Source: an uncultured Myxococcales bacterium
GTDB lineage: Bacteria; Myxococcota_A; UBA9042; CAIXZC01
DNA: 64,000 bases
Reading direction: 5' to 3'
Assembly: GCA_903895725.1 (NCBI GenBank)
Contig: CAITUV010000048.1
Location: 8,474-72,473, forward strand
Part shown: piece by piece, positions 18,201 through 29,187 of the stretch
How positions within the stretch are numbered: position 1 is the first letter of the stretch
Layout of the letters: every line of letters starts with the position of its first letter
Notes under the pieces: generated by a model
The model's database searches: none
What the model was told of the DNA's origin: nothing
What the model saw: the letters and a program-made list of their open reading frames with translations, nothing else
Position numbers and translations under genes: made by a program

Positions 18201-19094
18201 ATGGTCATGCCTGGCCGCACTGCGCTTTTGGGATGGACGGTTCTGATGGTGACAGGGCTGGCCTCGTGCAGCAGCCAGTCCGAAGGCTCCGGAGGCCCTG
18301 AACACGAGGCTTCCTGCAAGTCCATCTGCCAGTTCCACGCCGAGTGCGAGAAGACCTGCTTCCTGGACGAGGAGCCCGACTGCGACGAGCAGAAGAACTA
18401 CGACTTCATCTTCGGCCAGTGCCAGCCGGCCTGCTCAGCGGGAGAGCCGCTGCTCGGCGGGGCCTGTGCGGGAGCCGCTGCAATGCTCGCCACATGCTTC
18501 GAGGGCAAGAGCTGCTCGGCTGGGCTCGGCGATGCCTGCCGCATCGATGACATGCGTTACCGGGAGCTGTGCCTCGAGAAACCCGGGGAGCATGTCTGCC
18601 GCAACTTCTCCGTCGAGCTCGAGATCGGCTGCCTTCCCTACGGGCTCTTCGGCTTTCGAGGCACCGGCTGCGAGGAGGCGTGTAAGGCCTCCGCAGCGGA
18701 CCTCGAGTGTCTCGAAGCGCACTATGCGCTGGACGAGTGCACCGAGGGGATGCTGTTCTCGTGCGGTGCCTGGAGCGGAGAGTGTGCTGACGAGGCAGGC
18801 GCCGTGGCCGAAGCATGCGAGGCCTGGCAGCCGGTCGAGCCGGAACCGGAGGAGCAGTCCTTCTGCGCCGGCATTGCTGAGCACCAGTGCGACTGCGGTC
18901 TGTTTTCCGGAGAAGAGTGCGTGACCCTGGCAGCGGGCCGATGTCTGTTTGCCCTCGGTCACGGGAGCGACTGCAGAAAGTCCATGGAGTCGTTCGACGC
19001 CTGCATGACAGGCATCGAGTCGTGCGACCGCGACAAGCTGCGGGACGAGTGTCTGCCCCAATGGGATGCCTGGAATGAGGCGTGCCACCAGTAG
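18201..19094 (+). CDS. Cys-rich lipoprotein of unknown function with three degenerate repeats (297 aa)
   Basis: Lipobox LASC; 5 nt after the previous stop; regularly spaced Cys in helical-looking segments. Confidence 0.75.
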   Translation: MVMPGRTALLGWTVLMVTGLASCSSQSEGSGGPEHEASCKSICQFHAECEKTCFLDEEPDCDEQKNYDFIFGQCQPACSAGEPLLGGACAGAAAMLATCFEGKSCSAGLGDACRIDDMRYRELCLEKPGEHVCRNFSVELEIGCLPYGLFGFRGTGCEEACKASAADLECLEAHYALDECTEGMLFSCGAWSGECADEAGAVAEACEAWQPVEPEPEEQSFCAGIAEHQCDCGLFSGEECVTLAAGRCLFALGHGSDCRKSMESFDACMTGIESCDRDKLRDECLPQWDAWNEACHQ

Positions 19095-19248
19095 CGGGGG
19101 CGGAGCGGGCGGCCCCCTCGGCTGGCGGGAACGTCCGCACACCGGGCCCTCGGCACGCCGGGCTACACTTTGGAGCCCAGACCGACTAGAATCAATCAGG
19201 CGAGGAACCGGTCCCGGTCCTCGAGCTTCCCGGGGAGAGGAGGTCGGT

Positions 19249-22200
19249 ATGGAAAGACTCAGTCGACATCTCTGGCTTGTCTGCGGGATCGGCGGCGGCT
19301 TGCTGGCGTTCTCCTGCTCGTCGTCGAAGCCGGGGTCGAACCCGCATTTCGACATCGGACAACAAGACGTCCCGGGGGAAGACGGAAACGCTGACCGGGG
19401 CGGGCAGGACGAGCAGTTCGGCGACGGCACTCCACTACCCTATGACATCGGGGAGGCGGCGGCGTTGTGCATGCAGGAGCCGTTCGGGTTCGGCTGTCCA
19501 TGCGGAACCAATGCCCAGTGCGCCGGGGGGTTCTGCATGCAGAGTGAGTTCGGCTTCATCTGCACGCAGGAGTGCGTCGAGGAGTGCCCGGACCCGACCT
19601 ATGAATGCAAGGGCATCTCCGGCTTCGGCCCGGACGTGGTCTTCCTGTGCGTCCCCAAGGTCCAGCCCATGTGCCTGGAGTGTGAGCAGGACTACCAGTG
19701 CGGCGAGGGCGTCTGCGCCAAGATCGGGGACGGCAAGCATTGCACCGTGTCGTGCGGGCCGGACAAGCCCTGCCCGCTGGGCTACGTGTGCCCCGAGGGG
19801 ACCGTCGAGCCCACGTGCATGCCCGTCTCCGGGGATTGTGCGTGCATCCCCAAGACCGCTGGCGACCTGCGGACATGCGACGTGGTCAACGAGGACGGAG
19901 TCTGTGAAGGCGTCGAGGTGTGCGATGCCGAGCTGGGCTGGAGCGGGTGCACCGCAGGCGTTCCGGCTGCCGAGGTCTGTGACGGAGTCGACAACGACTG
20001 CAACGGAAAGGTGGACGACGCACTCGGAGCGCCTCCCGCCTGCAGTCAGGAGATTCCGGACGTGGGCAGCTGCCCGGGAGTGTCGATCTGCCTCGGTGCC
20101 GAGGGGTGGAAGTGCGATGCGCCCACGCCTTCGCCGGAAACCTGTGACTTCCAGGACAATGACTGCGACGGAGAGGTCGACGAGGACTTCAAGGCGGACG
20201 GGAAGTACGCGGCGCTGAACCACTGCGGAACGTGCAACCATGACTGTACCGGGACGCTGCCTCATGCCACGGCTTCCTGCGACGGGAGCAAGTCGATTCC
20301 GGTCTGCGTTGTGGAATCGTGCGACGAGGGTTACTTCCCGATCAACGAATTTCAGTGCCTCCCGCTGGGCCAGGTGCTGTGCAAGCCCTGCGCAGCCGAC
20401 ATCGAATGCCAGGGGGGAAGCTGCCTGGAGGTCTTTGGCGCGAGCTTCTGCTCGAAGAGCTGCGAAGCGGACCCCTGTCCCGAGACCTTTGAGTGCAAGG
20501 CGGTCGACGGTGCGGTGGGGCAGTGGTGTCTGCCCGTGACCGACACGTGCGACTGCTTCAGCGAGCTTGCGGGTACCGAGCGCCCCTGTCTCGCAACCGG
20601 CGATGAAGGGAGCTGTCCGGGCATGCAGACCTGCGACCCGCTGGTGGGATGGTCCGCATGCAGCGCCCAGCCACCGTCCGCCGAGGTTTGCGACGGGCTG
20701 GACAACGACTGCGACGGGGTCCCGGACGACGGCCTGGGAAACGCGGAGGCCTGCACCAAGTCCACTCCCGGCATCGGCACGTGCGACGGGGTGAAATACT
20801 GTGCGGGAGCGCCAGGGTGGGTGTGCGACGCACCGCAGCCCGCGCTCGAGACGTGCGACTACCTGGACAACGACTGTGACGGCGAGGTGGACGAGGGGTT
20901 CGTGATTGACGGCAAGTACACCACGGCGCAGCACTGCGGCGCCTGCAACAAGAGCTGCGACGGTGCGCTGCCCCACGCCACTGCCTACTGCGACACCTTT
21001 GCCCCCGTGCCCTCGTGCCGGGTGCTCGAGTGCGACCCGGGCTACTACAAGCTCAACGACCTGCAGTGCATCCTGCCCCAGGACACGGCCTGCAGTCAGT
21101 GCCTCGGGGACGATGAGTGCTTCTTCGCCAAGTGCGTGCCGCTGGCGGACGGCTCATTCTGCCTGAATCCGTGCGACGAGGGAGCCTGTGCCGAGGGATT
21201 CCAGTGCGAGGTCATCGAGGGCATCGGTGAAGCGTGCGTCCCGGACAGCGGAAGCTGCCTGTGCACCGAGGCGTCGAAGGGAACTCAGAAAGGATGCAGT
21301 CTCGGAAACGAGCACGGAGTGTGCTTCGGGTACGAGACGTGCGACCCGCCGCTTGGGTGGACAGGGTGCACCGCAGCGGTCCCTGCGGCAGAGGAGTGCG
21401 ACGGCGTGGACAGCGACTGTGATGGGCTCGTGGACGAGGGGCTTCCCGTCTCGCAGCCGTGCGACAACTCCAATGAGTTCGGAAGCTGTGCGGGGGAAGC
21501 CGTATGCTTTGGCCAGCAGGGGTGGCAGTGCCTGGCTGCCGTGCCGGTGGCGGAGCTCTGCAATTACAAGGACGATGACTGCGACGGGCTCGTGGACGAG
21601 GACTTCCGCGACGACGGGAAGTACACGAAGCTCGAGCACTGCGGGGTGTGCAACAACGACTGCACCGGCTCGATTCCGAACGCCACGGCCAAATGCGACA
21701 CGACGTATCTCCAGCCCAAGTGCGTCGTGGACCTTTGCGACGCAGGGTATGTCGCTGCCGGTCCATTCCAGTGCCTGAAGCCGCTCGACACCACGTGCCA
21801 GGCGTGCAAGAGCAATGCCGACTGCCTCGGGGGCGAGTGCGTGACCATCGACGGAGCCTTGCGGTGTGCGGCCGCGTGTGCGGACGATTCGGGCTGCGGA
21901 GGCGAGAACGCCTGCCTGCCTTACCCGGGCCTGGGCAAGCTCTGCCAGCCGATGTCGGGCAGCTGCGAATGCAACTCCGCATCCGCCGGAGGCAAGCAGT
22001 GGTGCTCCAGCTCCAATGAGTTCGGTACCTGCGTCGGCTTCAGGACGTGTGACCCAGCGAAGGGCTGGTCGGACTGCAACGCGGCCCTGGCCAAGCCCGA
22101 GGAGTGCAACGGCCTGGACGACAACTGCAACTCGCTGGTCGACGACGGGCTTCCCGAGAGCAAGGACTGCGAGAAGGGAAACCAATGGGGCTCCTGCAAG

Positions 22201-24651
22201 GGAATGGCCGTTTGCCTCGGGAATCTGGGGTGGGTCTGCCAGGCGCTTGAAGCTCAGCCGGAGATTTGTGATTTCAAGGACAATGACTGCGATACGCTGG
22301 TGGACGAGGACTTCAAGGATGCGATGGGCAAGTACTCCACCTTCGAGCATTGCGGTTCCTGCAACGTGTCGTGCAAGTTCGGATTCCCCAACGCAACGGC
22401 CGTGTGCGACGCAAAGCTCGACGCTCCGGAGTGCGTCGTCGAGTCCTGCAACCCCGGGTACTACAAGATTAACGCGTACCAGTGCGTGGCCAACACCTCC
22501 AAGCTCTGCGACTCGTGCGTGATCGACGACAACTGCGGCGGAGACGGTGCCCTCTGCATCCAGCTCCCAGAGGGCAAGTACTGCGGAAAGACCTGCAAGG
22601 GCAACGCCGACTGTCCGGCCGGGTACGGCTGCAAGCCGTTCGCAGGGAGCCTGCAATGCGTACCGCTCACCAACTCGTGCGAGTGCGACGGGAGCAACAC
22701 TCAGCTCTCGAAGAAGTGCTCTGCCACGTGGCCTCCCGAGCCTGCGGAGGGCGAGTCGTTTGTCGTATGTTACGGAACGCAGGCCTGCACGGCGCAGGGG
22801 TGGACCGAATGTCAGCTTCCCGACGACGTGTGCGATGCCCTGGACAACGACTGCAACGGGGCCATCGACGACGGCTTCCTGGTCGATGGAAAGTACGTGG
22901 ACGATACCAACTGCGGCCAGTGCGGCAACAACTGCACGTTCCTGCAGTTCCCGAATGCAATCGGCGTATGCGATGCCCAGAAGGCGGTACCGGACTGCGT
23001 GATGGATTGCCAGCCCGGCTGGCAGGACGTCAACGACAATCCGGCCGACGGGTGCGAGTGCTTCCCTCTCCCGGGTCCCGACGTCCCGGACGGTATCGAC
23101 CAGAACTGTGATGGCGTGGACGGCCAGATCGATGCAGCAATCTTCGTTGCCAAGAACGGGTCGGACCTGAGCCCCGGGACCATCGATGCCCCCATGCTGA
23201 CTCTGACCGCGGCAATCGCCAGATCCCTTCAGACTGGGAAGAGCGACGTCTACGTGGCCACGGGAGTCTACAGCGGTTCGATCCAGCTCAAACCCGGAGT
23301 GCGCCTCTACGGCGGATACACATCGGATTTCAAGAAGCACGACTCCATCCTGGCCGAGACGGTCATCATGGGCGGTGCGTATTCGGCCGAGTCCCCGGGG
23401 GCGGTGAATGCCATTGGCATCAGCGGCGGGCCGGGGACGACCGTGCTGGCCGGGTTCACCGTATTCGGAAAGAACAACAACACGCCCGGAGGAAGCAGCT
23501 ACGCTCTGTACGTCCGCAACTGCACCAATGCGCTCGTGGTGTCCGACAATCGAGTCGTGAGCGGGGCCGGCGGCAACGGCAGCGGCGGTCTGAGCGGTGC
23601 CAACGGGGTGAGCGGTCAGGCCGGCAGCAACGGGGGCAATGCGTACGGGGTGAACACCGGCAACTGCGGCTCGGTGCAGCCTCCGTTCCCGCGGCCGGGA
23701 GGAGGTGGCGGTGCCGGCACCTGCAATGCGGGGAGTGCCACGGCCGGCGGACAGGGTGGGGGGAACACCTGCCCAAGCACCTACAATGCGGCCCCGGTGG
23801 CCTACGAGAACGGCTCAGCCGGCTCGGGTACCGCACCGGGAGGAGGCGGTGCGGGCGGATACGACCGCGAGGTATGGTACTGCAGCAGCTTCCCAGGGGG
23901 CGAGTGCCACCAGGCGACCGGCGGAAACGAAGTCGGCAACGCGGGGGCAATGGGCGGAATCGGTTCGAACGGAAACACGGCAAGCGGGAACGGTTGCTCG
24001 GCGGCTGCGGCCCAGGGACAGCTGGTCGGCGGTCTATGGGGAGGCGGTGGCGGGCTCGCCGGAGGGAACGGCGCCAATGGCAGCGGTGGCGGTGGCGGCG
24101 GTGCGGGGGGCGGGGCGCAGGACGGCTCCGGATGCTCTGGAAGGACCCAGGTCGGCGGCACCGGAGGCGGCGGAGGGTCGGGTGGTTGCGGCGGAACGGG
24201 CGGTGCGGGCGGTGCCCCGGGCGGCGGCTCGTTCGGCCTGTTCATCGTATGGGATGCACCGCCCGCAACCATTCCCCAGGTGATGTACAACGGGTTTGAC
24301 GGCAGCGTGGGCGGCGCAGGCGGCTCCGGTGGCAACGGCGGCTCTGGCGGGCCGGGCGGTGCCGGCGGCTCCGGTGGTGCCGAGGACTATGCCAACGCCA
24401 AGTGCGCTGCACCCGGCGGCAACGGCGGCAATGGTGGCAACGGCGGACACGGCGAGGGCGGTGGGGGCGGCTGCGGCGGTGCCTCCTACTGCATCTTCGC
24501 ATCCGGCCAGGGGGGAGCCAGCCTCGCTGCCTACAAGGATTCCAACTCGTTCGTTGTCGGAGCCGGAGGCCCGGGAGGTGCCGGTGGTGCTTCGATCGGC
24601 AACCCGGGAGATCCGGGGCAGGCCGGAGCAGCAGCCAACGCCAACTACTGA
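19249..24651 (+). CDS. Giant Cys-rich lipoprotein with MopE-type repeats, DUF1565-like plus Gly-rich C-terminus (paralog 3, about 1800 aa)
   Basis: Start reassigned to ATG 19249 (GAGGAGG SD, lipobox LAFSC); five super-repeats; DQNCDGVDG...AIFV...GVRLYGGY and Gly-rich tail. Confidence 0.85.
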   Translation: MERLSRHLWLVCGIGGGLLAFSCSSSKPGSNPHFDIGQQDVPGEDGNADRGGQDEQFGDGTPLPYDIGEAAALCMQEPFGFGCPCGTNAQCAGGFCMQSEFGFICTQECVEECPDPTYECKGISGFGPDVVFLCVPKVQPMCLECEQDYQCGEGVCAKIGDGKHCTVSCGPDKPCPLGYVCPEGTVEPTCMPVSGDCACIPKTAGDLRTCDVVNEDGVCEGVEVCDAELGWSGCTAGVPAAEVCDGVDNDCNGKVDDALGAPPACSQEIPDVGSCPGVSICLGAEGWKCDAPTPSPETCDFQDNDCDGEVDEDFKADGKYAALNHCGTCNHDCTGTLPHATASCDGSKSIPVCVVESCDEGYFPINEFQCLPLGQVLCKPCAADIECQGGSCLEVFGASFCSKSCEADPCPETFECKAVDGAVGQWCLPVTDTCDCFSELAGTERPCLATGDEGSCPGMQTCDPLVGWSACSAQPPSAEVCDGLDNDCDGVPDDGLGNAEACTKSTPGIGTCDGVKYCAGAPGWVCDAPQPALETCDYLDNDCDGEVDEGFVIDGKYTTAQHCGACNKSCDGALPHATAYCDTFAPVPSCRVLECDPGYYKLNDLQCILPQDTACSQCLGDDECFFAKCVPLADGSFCLNPCDEGACAEGFQCEVIEGIGEACVPDSGSCLCTEASKGTQKGCSLGNEHGVCFGYETCDPPLGWTGCTAAVPAAEECDGVDSDCDGLVDEGLPVSQPCDNSNEFGSCAGEAVCFGQQGWQCLAAVPVAELCNYKDDDCDGLVDEDFRDDGKYTKLEHCGVCNNDCTGSIPNATAKCDTTYLQPKCVVDLCDAGYVAAGPFQCLKPLDTTCQACKSNADCLGGECVTIDGALRCAAACADDSGCGGENACLPYPGLGKLCQPMSGSCECNSASAGGKQWCSSSNEFGTCVGFRTCDPAKGWSDCNAALAKPEECNGLDDNCNSLVDDGLPESKDCEKGNQWGSCKGMAVCLGNLGWVCQALEAQPEICDFKDNDCDTLVDEDFKDAMGKYSTFEHCGSCNVSCKFGFPNATAVCDAKLDAPECVVESCNPGYYKINAYQCVANTSKLCDSCVIDDNCGGDGALCIQLPEGKYCGKTCKGNADCPAGYGCKPFAGSLQCVPLTNSCECDGSNTQLSKKCSATWPPEPAEGESFVVCYGTQACTAQGWTECQLPDDVCDALDNDCNGAIDDGFLVDGKYVDDTNCGQCGNNCTFLQFPNAIGVCDAQKAVPDCVMDCQPGWQDVNDNPADGCECFPLPGPDVPDGIDQNCDGVDGQIDAAIFVAKNGSDLSPGTIDAPMLTLTAAIARSLQTGKSDVYVATGVYSGSIQLKPGVRLYGGYTSDFKKHDSILAETVIMGGAYSAESPGAVNAIGISGGPGTTVLAGFTVFGKNNNTPGGSSYALYVRNCTNALVVSDNRVVSGAGGNGSGGLSGANGVSGQAGSNGGNAYGVNTGNCGSVQPPFPRPGGGGGAGTCNAGSATAGGQGGGNTCPSTYNAAPVAYENGSAGSGTAPGGGGAGGYDREVWYCSSFPGGECHQATGGNEVGNAGAMGGIGSNGNTASGNGCSAAAAQGQLVGGLWGGGGGLAGGNGANGSGGGGGGAGGGAQDGSGCSGRTQVGGTGGGGGSGGCGGTGGAGGAPGGGSFGLFIVWDAPPATIPQVMYNGFDGSVGGAGGSGGNGGSGGPGGAGGSGGAEDYANAKCAAPGGNGGNGGNGGHGEGGGGGCGGASYCIFASGQGGASLAAYKDSNSFVVGAGGPGGAGGASIGNPGDPGQAGAAANANY

Positions 24652-24797
24652 GAGCGTGGCCAACGCAGCCGACTGGAAAGCGTATCCCTCCGTCCGGGGC
24701 ACCCTGCGCTGCGCGACCCTGGCGCAGTGGGTAGCTCCCGCCGCCCCCGACTGGATCCGCTCACCCGCATGCAGACTGGCCCAAGTAACTCCATACA

Positions 24798-24826
24798 TTG
24801 ACTTGCGGACGAACAAGCGCTATTGG
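24798..24826 (+). promoter_or_regulatory. Putative promoter of the nuo operon
   Basis: TTGACT-N17-TATTGG, 28 nt upstream of the nuoA ATG; weak -10 match. Confidence 0.3.
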
Positions 24827-24853
24827 TGCGCGCCGATTTGGTGCGGAGGTTCC

Positions 24854-25255
24854 ATGCTGTTCGACTTCGCCAATGTTCTCGTCTTTCTCCTGGTGTCGTG
24901 CGTCTTCGTCGGAGGCGCTCTGCTGGTTGGATCGCTCATCCGGCCCAAGGCGCCGAATCCGGACAAGGCCACCGTGTACGAATGCGGCGAGCGGCCCATC
25001 GGCAAGGCCTGGTTCAACTTCAATCCCCGCTTTTACCTGCTGGCCCTGGTGTTCATCCTCTTCGATGTCGAGATTGCCCTGACCTACCCGGTTGCGGCCG
25101 TGTTCCGAAGCTGGAACGAGGAGGGGAACGGAACGGTGGCACTCATCGAGCTCCTGCTCTTCCTGCTCATCCTGCTCGTCGGGTTGGCGTTCGTCTGGGG
25201 GAAGGGGAATCTGAGCTTCAACCGGAAGATCGACGAGCCGGAGGTGAAGGGATGA
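24854..25255 (+). CDS. nuoA: NADH-quinone oxidoreductase subunit A
   Basis: ATG 24854 after GGAGG; [21 protein letters not shown], three TM segments. Confidence 0.95.
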   Translation: MLFDFANVLVFLLVSCVFVGGALLVGSLIRPKAPNPDKATVYECGERPIGKAWFNFNPRFYLLALVFILFDVEIALTYPVAAVFRSWNEEGNGTVALIELLLFLLILLVGLAFVWGKGNLSFNRKIDEPEVKG

Positions 25256-25743
25256 ACGACGAGGCGAGAGTCCTCACGACCAAGGTGGACTGGCTCCTGA
25301 ACTGGGGGCGCTGGAACTCGCTCTGGTATCTGCTCTTCGGAACGGCCTGCTGCGGAATCGAGCTCATGCAGACCGGAGGTCCGAGGGCGGATGTGGACCG
25401 GTTCGGTGCCGTTCCACGGGCGGTTCCCCGACAGTCGGATCTCATGATCGTTGCCGGCGCCGTGACCTACAAGATGGCCGAGCGCGTCCGGCTGCTGTAC
25501 GACCAGATGCCCGAGCCCAAGTACGTCATCGCCATGGGCTCCTGCGCCAATTGCGGGGGGCTGTTCACCCGAAGCTACTCGGTCGTGAAGGGGGTGGACC
25601 TCGTCATCCCGGTGGACATCTACCTGCCAGGGTGCGCACCGAGGCCCGAGGCGTTGACCGACGCCATTCTCAAAATCCAGAAGAAGATCCAGTCCGAGCG
25701 CTGGGTCGACAAGAGGAGGCCGTTGGCCCATGGACGCACGTGA
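25252..25743 (+). CDS. nuoB: NADH-quinone oxidoreductase subunit B
   Basis: ATGA overlap; [45 protein letters not shown]. Confidence 0.97.
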   Translation: MNDEARVLTTKVDWLLNWGRWNSLWYLLFGTACCGIELMQTGGPRADVDRFGAVPRAVPRQSDLMIVAGAVTYKMAERVRLLYDQMPEPKYVIAMGSCANCGGLFTRSYSVVKGVDLVIPVDIYLPGCAPRPEALTDAILKIQKKIQSERWVDKRRPLAHGRT

Positions 25744-26233
25744 AATTGCCGAACGGCTCCAGGCGAAGTTCGGGGGCGACAGCGTGACCGTGACCGCTCC
25801 CGCCGTGGGGGATGCCGCCGTCGTCGTGAAGACGGCCCTGCTCCTCGATGTCTGCCGTTTCCTCAAGTCGGAACCGGAGCTCGGCTTCGACTACCTGCGG
25901 TGCGTCAGCGGCGTGGATCTCAAGGACCGGATGGAATCGGTCTACCACCTCTACTCGATGAAGGTCGGGCACGGCCTGGTCGTGAAGGTGGTGCTGGACC
26001 GGGCAGCTCCCGAGGTCGCGTCGGTCGAGTCGGTGTGGAAGAGCGCCAACTGGTTCGAGCGGGAGTCCTATGACCTGCTCGGAATCCGGTACACGGGGCA
26101 TCCGAACCTGGAGCGCGTGATGATGCCCAGGGACTGGGTGGGGCATCCGCTCCGAAAGGACTATGTGGAAGCGGAGTCATACCACGGCATTCCGACGTCC
26201 CGGCCCGACCCGGTTGGAGGAAAGGATGCTTGA
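25730..26233 (+). CDS. nuoC: NADH-quinone oxidoreductase subunit C
   Basis: [29 protein letters not shown]. Confidence 0.95.
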   Translation: MDAREIAERLQAKFGGDSVTVTAPAVGDAAVVVKTALLLDVCRFLKSEPELGFDYLRCVSGVDLKDRMESVYHLYSMKVGHGLVVKVVLDRAAPEVASVESVWKSANWFERESYDLLGIRYTGHPNLERVMMPRDWVGHPLRKDYVEAESYHGIPTSRPDPVGGKDA

Positions 26234-27356
26234 GCCCAAGGCAGTACCCATCGATGGAATGTTGCGGATCAACATGGGGCCGCAGCATCCGGCCACTCAC
26301 GGCGTGATCAGCTTCATCGTCGAGACCGACGGTGAGGTCATGCGCAAGGCCACAGCGGACGTCGGCTTCCTCCATCGGGGAGTCGAGAAGATGGCCGAGA
26401 TCACGTCTTATCCCGGCTTCATGCCCTACACCGACCGTGTCGACTATCTGGCTTCCATGTTCGCCAATCACGGGTATGCGATGGCCGTGGAGAAGCTCCT
26501 CGGCGTGGAAGTGCCGAAGAAGGCCGAGTGGCTTCGCGTGATTGCCGATGAGCTCAATCGAATCGCCAGCCACCTCGTGGCAACGGGGACCATGGCCATG
26601 GACCTCGGCGCCTTCACCCCATTCACGCATTGGATTCGGGAGCGGGAGTCGATCAACGACTTCATGGAGCACATCTGCGGTGCCCGCCTCACCTACAATT
26701 ACATGCGCGTCGGGGGCGTGTGCGCGGATTGGCCCGTGGGGCTGTCCGAGAAGATTCTGGTGTGGCTGGACCACTTCGAGCCGATCATCGAGGAGTTCAA
26801 CCGGCTCATCACGGGCAACGAGATTTTCATCCGCCGCCTGGCCAATGTGGCCGTGATTCCGGCCGAGCTGGCCATTGATTGGGCACTGTCCGGTCCGAAC
26901 CTGCGGGCCTCGGGAGTCCCGTTCGACCTGCGCCGGAGCGAACCGTACTCGATCTACCCGGAGCTCCAGTTCGACGTGCCCGTCGGGCAGGGAACCCAGG
27001 GCACGGTCGGCGACAGCTACGACCGGTTCTGGGTGCGCATCCTGGAGATGCGCGAGTCGTGCCGCATCCTGCGGCAGCTGCTGGCCGGGATCCCCGAAGG
27101 GGACTTCAAGGCCAAGGTGGCCCGGACGCTCAAGGTTCCTGCGGGAGAGGTGTACTCCAAGGTCGAGAGCGCCCGCGGCGAGATCGGGTATTTCCTGGTG
27201 GCCGACGGAAGTGACCGCCCTGTTCGGGTGAAGATCCGGACGGGCTCGTTCACGGCCGTCGCGCTCATCGAGCCCATCAGCCCCGGGCTGATGCTGGCGG
27301 ACCTGGTAGCGGTCATCGGATCGCTGGACATCGTGGCACCGGAGATCGACCGATGA
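26226..27356 (+). CDS. nuoD: NADH-quinone oxidoreductase subunit D
   Basis: ATG 26226; [32 protein letters not shown]-terminal EIDR. Confidence 0.97.
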   Translation: MLEPKAVPIDGMLRINMGPQHPATHGVISFIVETDGEVMRKATADVGFLHRGVEKMAEITSYPGFMPYTDRVDYLASMFANHGYAMAVEKLLGVEVPKKAEWLRVIADELNRIASHLVATGTMAMDLGAFTPFTHWIRERESINDFMEHICGARLTYNYMRVGGVCADWPVGLSEKILVWLDHFEPIIEEFNRLITGNEIFIRRLANVAVIPAELAIDWALSGPNLRASGVPFDLRRSEPYSIYPELQFDVPVGQGTQGTVGDSYDRFWVRILEMRESCRILRQLLAGIPEGDFKAKVARTLKVPAGEVYSKVESARGEIGYFLVADGSDRPVRVKIRTGSFTAVALIEPISPGLMLADLVAVIGSLDIVAPEIDR

Positions 27357-28615
27357 GACAACTGGCGGATGCTTTGCTCGTCACCCTGCTGGGCGTGGAC
27401 CCGGCGACCTGGCCGTATGCGTGGGTCGTCTACGGCGCCGTGATGCTGGCTTCGGCTGCCCTGGCCATGACGTTCGTTGCCCTGTTTGCCGGGCCGGTGA
27501 CCGTGGTCGAGCGCCGGGTGGCGGGCCGGATGATGAGCCGCATCGGCCCCAACCGGGTCGGCCCTCAGGGGGTGATCCAGTGGCTGGCCGACGGGCTCAA
27601 GTGCTTCCTGAAGGAGGACCTCATTCCGGATGCTGCGGACCGGCCGCTCTTCCGGCTGGCTCCCTACCTCGTGTTTGGCGGCATGTTCGGGACCTTCGTG
27701 GTGCTCCCGTTCGGTGCCCACCTGGTGGCAGCGGATCTCAACGTGGGGGTGCTGTACCTCTTCGCCATCTCCTCCATCGTGGTCGTGGGGATCCTGGCCG
27801 CAGGCTGGTCGTCGAATTCCAAGTGGGGTCTGTTCGGCGCCTTCCGGTCGGCCGCGCAGATCATCTCGTACGAGGTACCCAGTGCCCTGTCGGCGCTGAC
27901 GGTCGTGCTGTTCGCCGGGACACTGTCGCTGCAGGGGATCATCCGGGAGCAGGGGGGAATGCCGTGGGACTGGTTCGTGGTCCGGACCCCCTTCACCTTT
28001 GCTGCGTTCTTCCTGTTCTTCACCTCTGCCCTTGCCGAGGGGAACCGGACTCCATTCGATCTGCCCGAGGCGGAATCGGAGCTCGTGGCCGGCTATCACA
28101 CCGAGTACTCGGGGATGCGGTTCCTCTTCTTCCTGTTTGCCGAGTGGGCCAACCTGTGGATCATGTCCGCCGTGGCGACGGCCTGCTTCCTGGGAGGATG
28201 GAACATTCCCGGAGTGAGCCCGGCGACCATCGATTCGGCAACCGGCCTGTCGTTCTGGGGATTGCAGCTCCTGTCGTTCATCGTGTTTGCGGCCAAGACA
28301 TCGGCACTGGTCTTCATCGTGATCCAGCTTCGGTGGACGCTGCCCCGGCTACGAATCGACCAGCTTCTTGAGATGTGCTGGAAGTACCTGGTCCCCCTCT
28401 CCTTCGCCTGCCTGCTGGGCGTGATGATCTGGGCCTGGGGCGTGACCGTCGGGTCCCTCGTGGACCTGGGAATGCGGCTGGTGATGACCTGCGTTGGAGC
28501 CGGCATCGCATTCCACTACGCAAGGCGCGTGCGGTTCAACTACATGGCGGACCGGGACAACTACCTGAAGATGACGGGGAAGGAGCTATGGTATCCACCG
28601 TACAGACTGCCGTAG
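27353..28615 (+). CDS. nuoH: NADH-quinone oxidoreductase subunit H
   Basis: [58 protein letters not shown]. Confidence 0.97.
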   Translation: MRQLADALLVTLLGVDPATWPYAWVVYGAVMLASAALAMTFVALFAGPVTVVERRVAGRMMSRIGPNRVGPQGVIQWLADGLKCFLKEDLIPDAADRPLFRLAPYLVFGGMFGTFVVLPFGAHLVAADLNVGVLYLFAISSIVVVGILAAGWSSNSKWGLFGAFRSAAQIISYEVPSALSALTVVLFAGTLSLQGIIREQGGMPWDWFVVRTPFTFAAFFLFFTSALAEGNRTPFDLPEAESELVAGYHTEYSGMRFLFFLFAEWANLWIMSAVATACFLGGWNIPGVSPATIDSATGLSFWGLQLLSFIVFAAKTSALVFIVIQLRWTLPRLRIDQLLEMCWKYLVPLSFACLLGVMIWAWGVTVGSLVDLGMRLVMTCVGAGIAFHYARRVRFNYMADRDNYLKMTGKELWYPPYRLP

Positions 28616-29187
28616 GGCAATACCTCCGCAACATCTCGAACGCGGTCTTCTCGACGTTCGAAGGGATGGCGGTGACCATGAGCTGGATGTTCCGGCGGCC
28701 CATGACAATCCAGTACCCGGACAAGATCGAGAAGCCCATCGAGGAGACCTTGCCGGACTGCTACCGGGGAATCCTCGAGGTGGACACGGGGGTCTGCACC
28801 GGCTGCACGGCGTGCATGAAGGCCTGCCCGATCCAGTGCATCCGCATCGAGGTGGGCAAGAACGCGGAAACTGCGGAGCGCTTCCTCCAGCGCTTCGACA
28901 TCTACGTCGCCCGCTGCATGTTCTGCGGCCTCTGCTCCGAAGCGTGCCCGACCGGAGCCATCCACCACACGTCCCACTTTGAGATTGCCAACGACAAGCT
29001 GGACAACCTGTTGCTCCACTACGTGCCGGGCGAGCCGATTCCCGTCTACAAGCCGAAAAAGGACGTGGAGCCGGTGCGGCAGCCCAAGGGGCAGCCCTAC
29101 CTGGCCGTCCGGGCCCTCTGCGCCCACGCGTGGCGCAAGGAAGACCACCCGGATGGCAGCGCTCCGGCCGGGGGAGGGCCCAAATGA
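28588..29187 (+). CDS. nuoI: NADH-quinone oxidoreductase subunit I (2x[4Fe-4S])
   Basis: ATG 28588 after AGGAG; TIQYP, CTGCTACMKACP, RCMFCGLCSEACP. Confidence 0.93.
   Translation: MVSTVQTAVGQYLRNISNAVFSTFEGMAVTMSWMFRRPMTIQYPDKIEKPIEETLPDCYRGILEVDTGVCTGCTACMKACPIQCIRIEVGKNAETAERFLQRFDIYVARCMFCGLCSEACPTGAIHHTSHFEIANDKLDNLLLHYVPGEPIPVYKPKKDVEPVRQPKGQPYLAVRALCAHAWRKEDHPDGSAPAGGGPK

Noticed and set aside
24296-24853. Upstream extensions in the ORF track (also starts at 15046, 19066, 24823, 28375, 28979, 42166, 42648, 48703, 49791)
   Set aside because: They overlap neighbouring genes or intergenic DNA. Downstream starts have SD sequences or ATGA coupling and match family N-termini.
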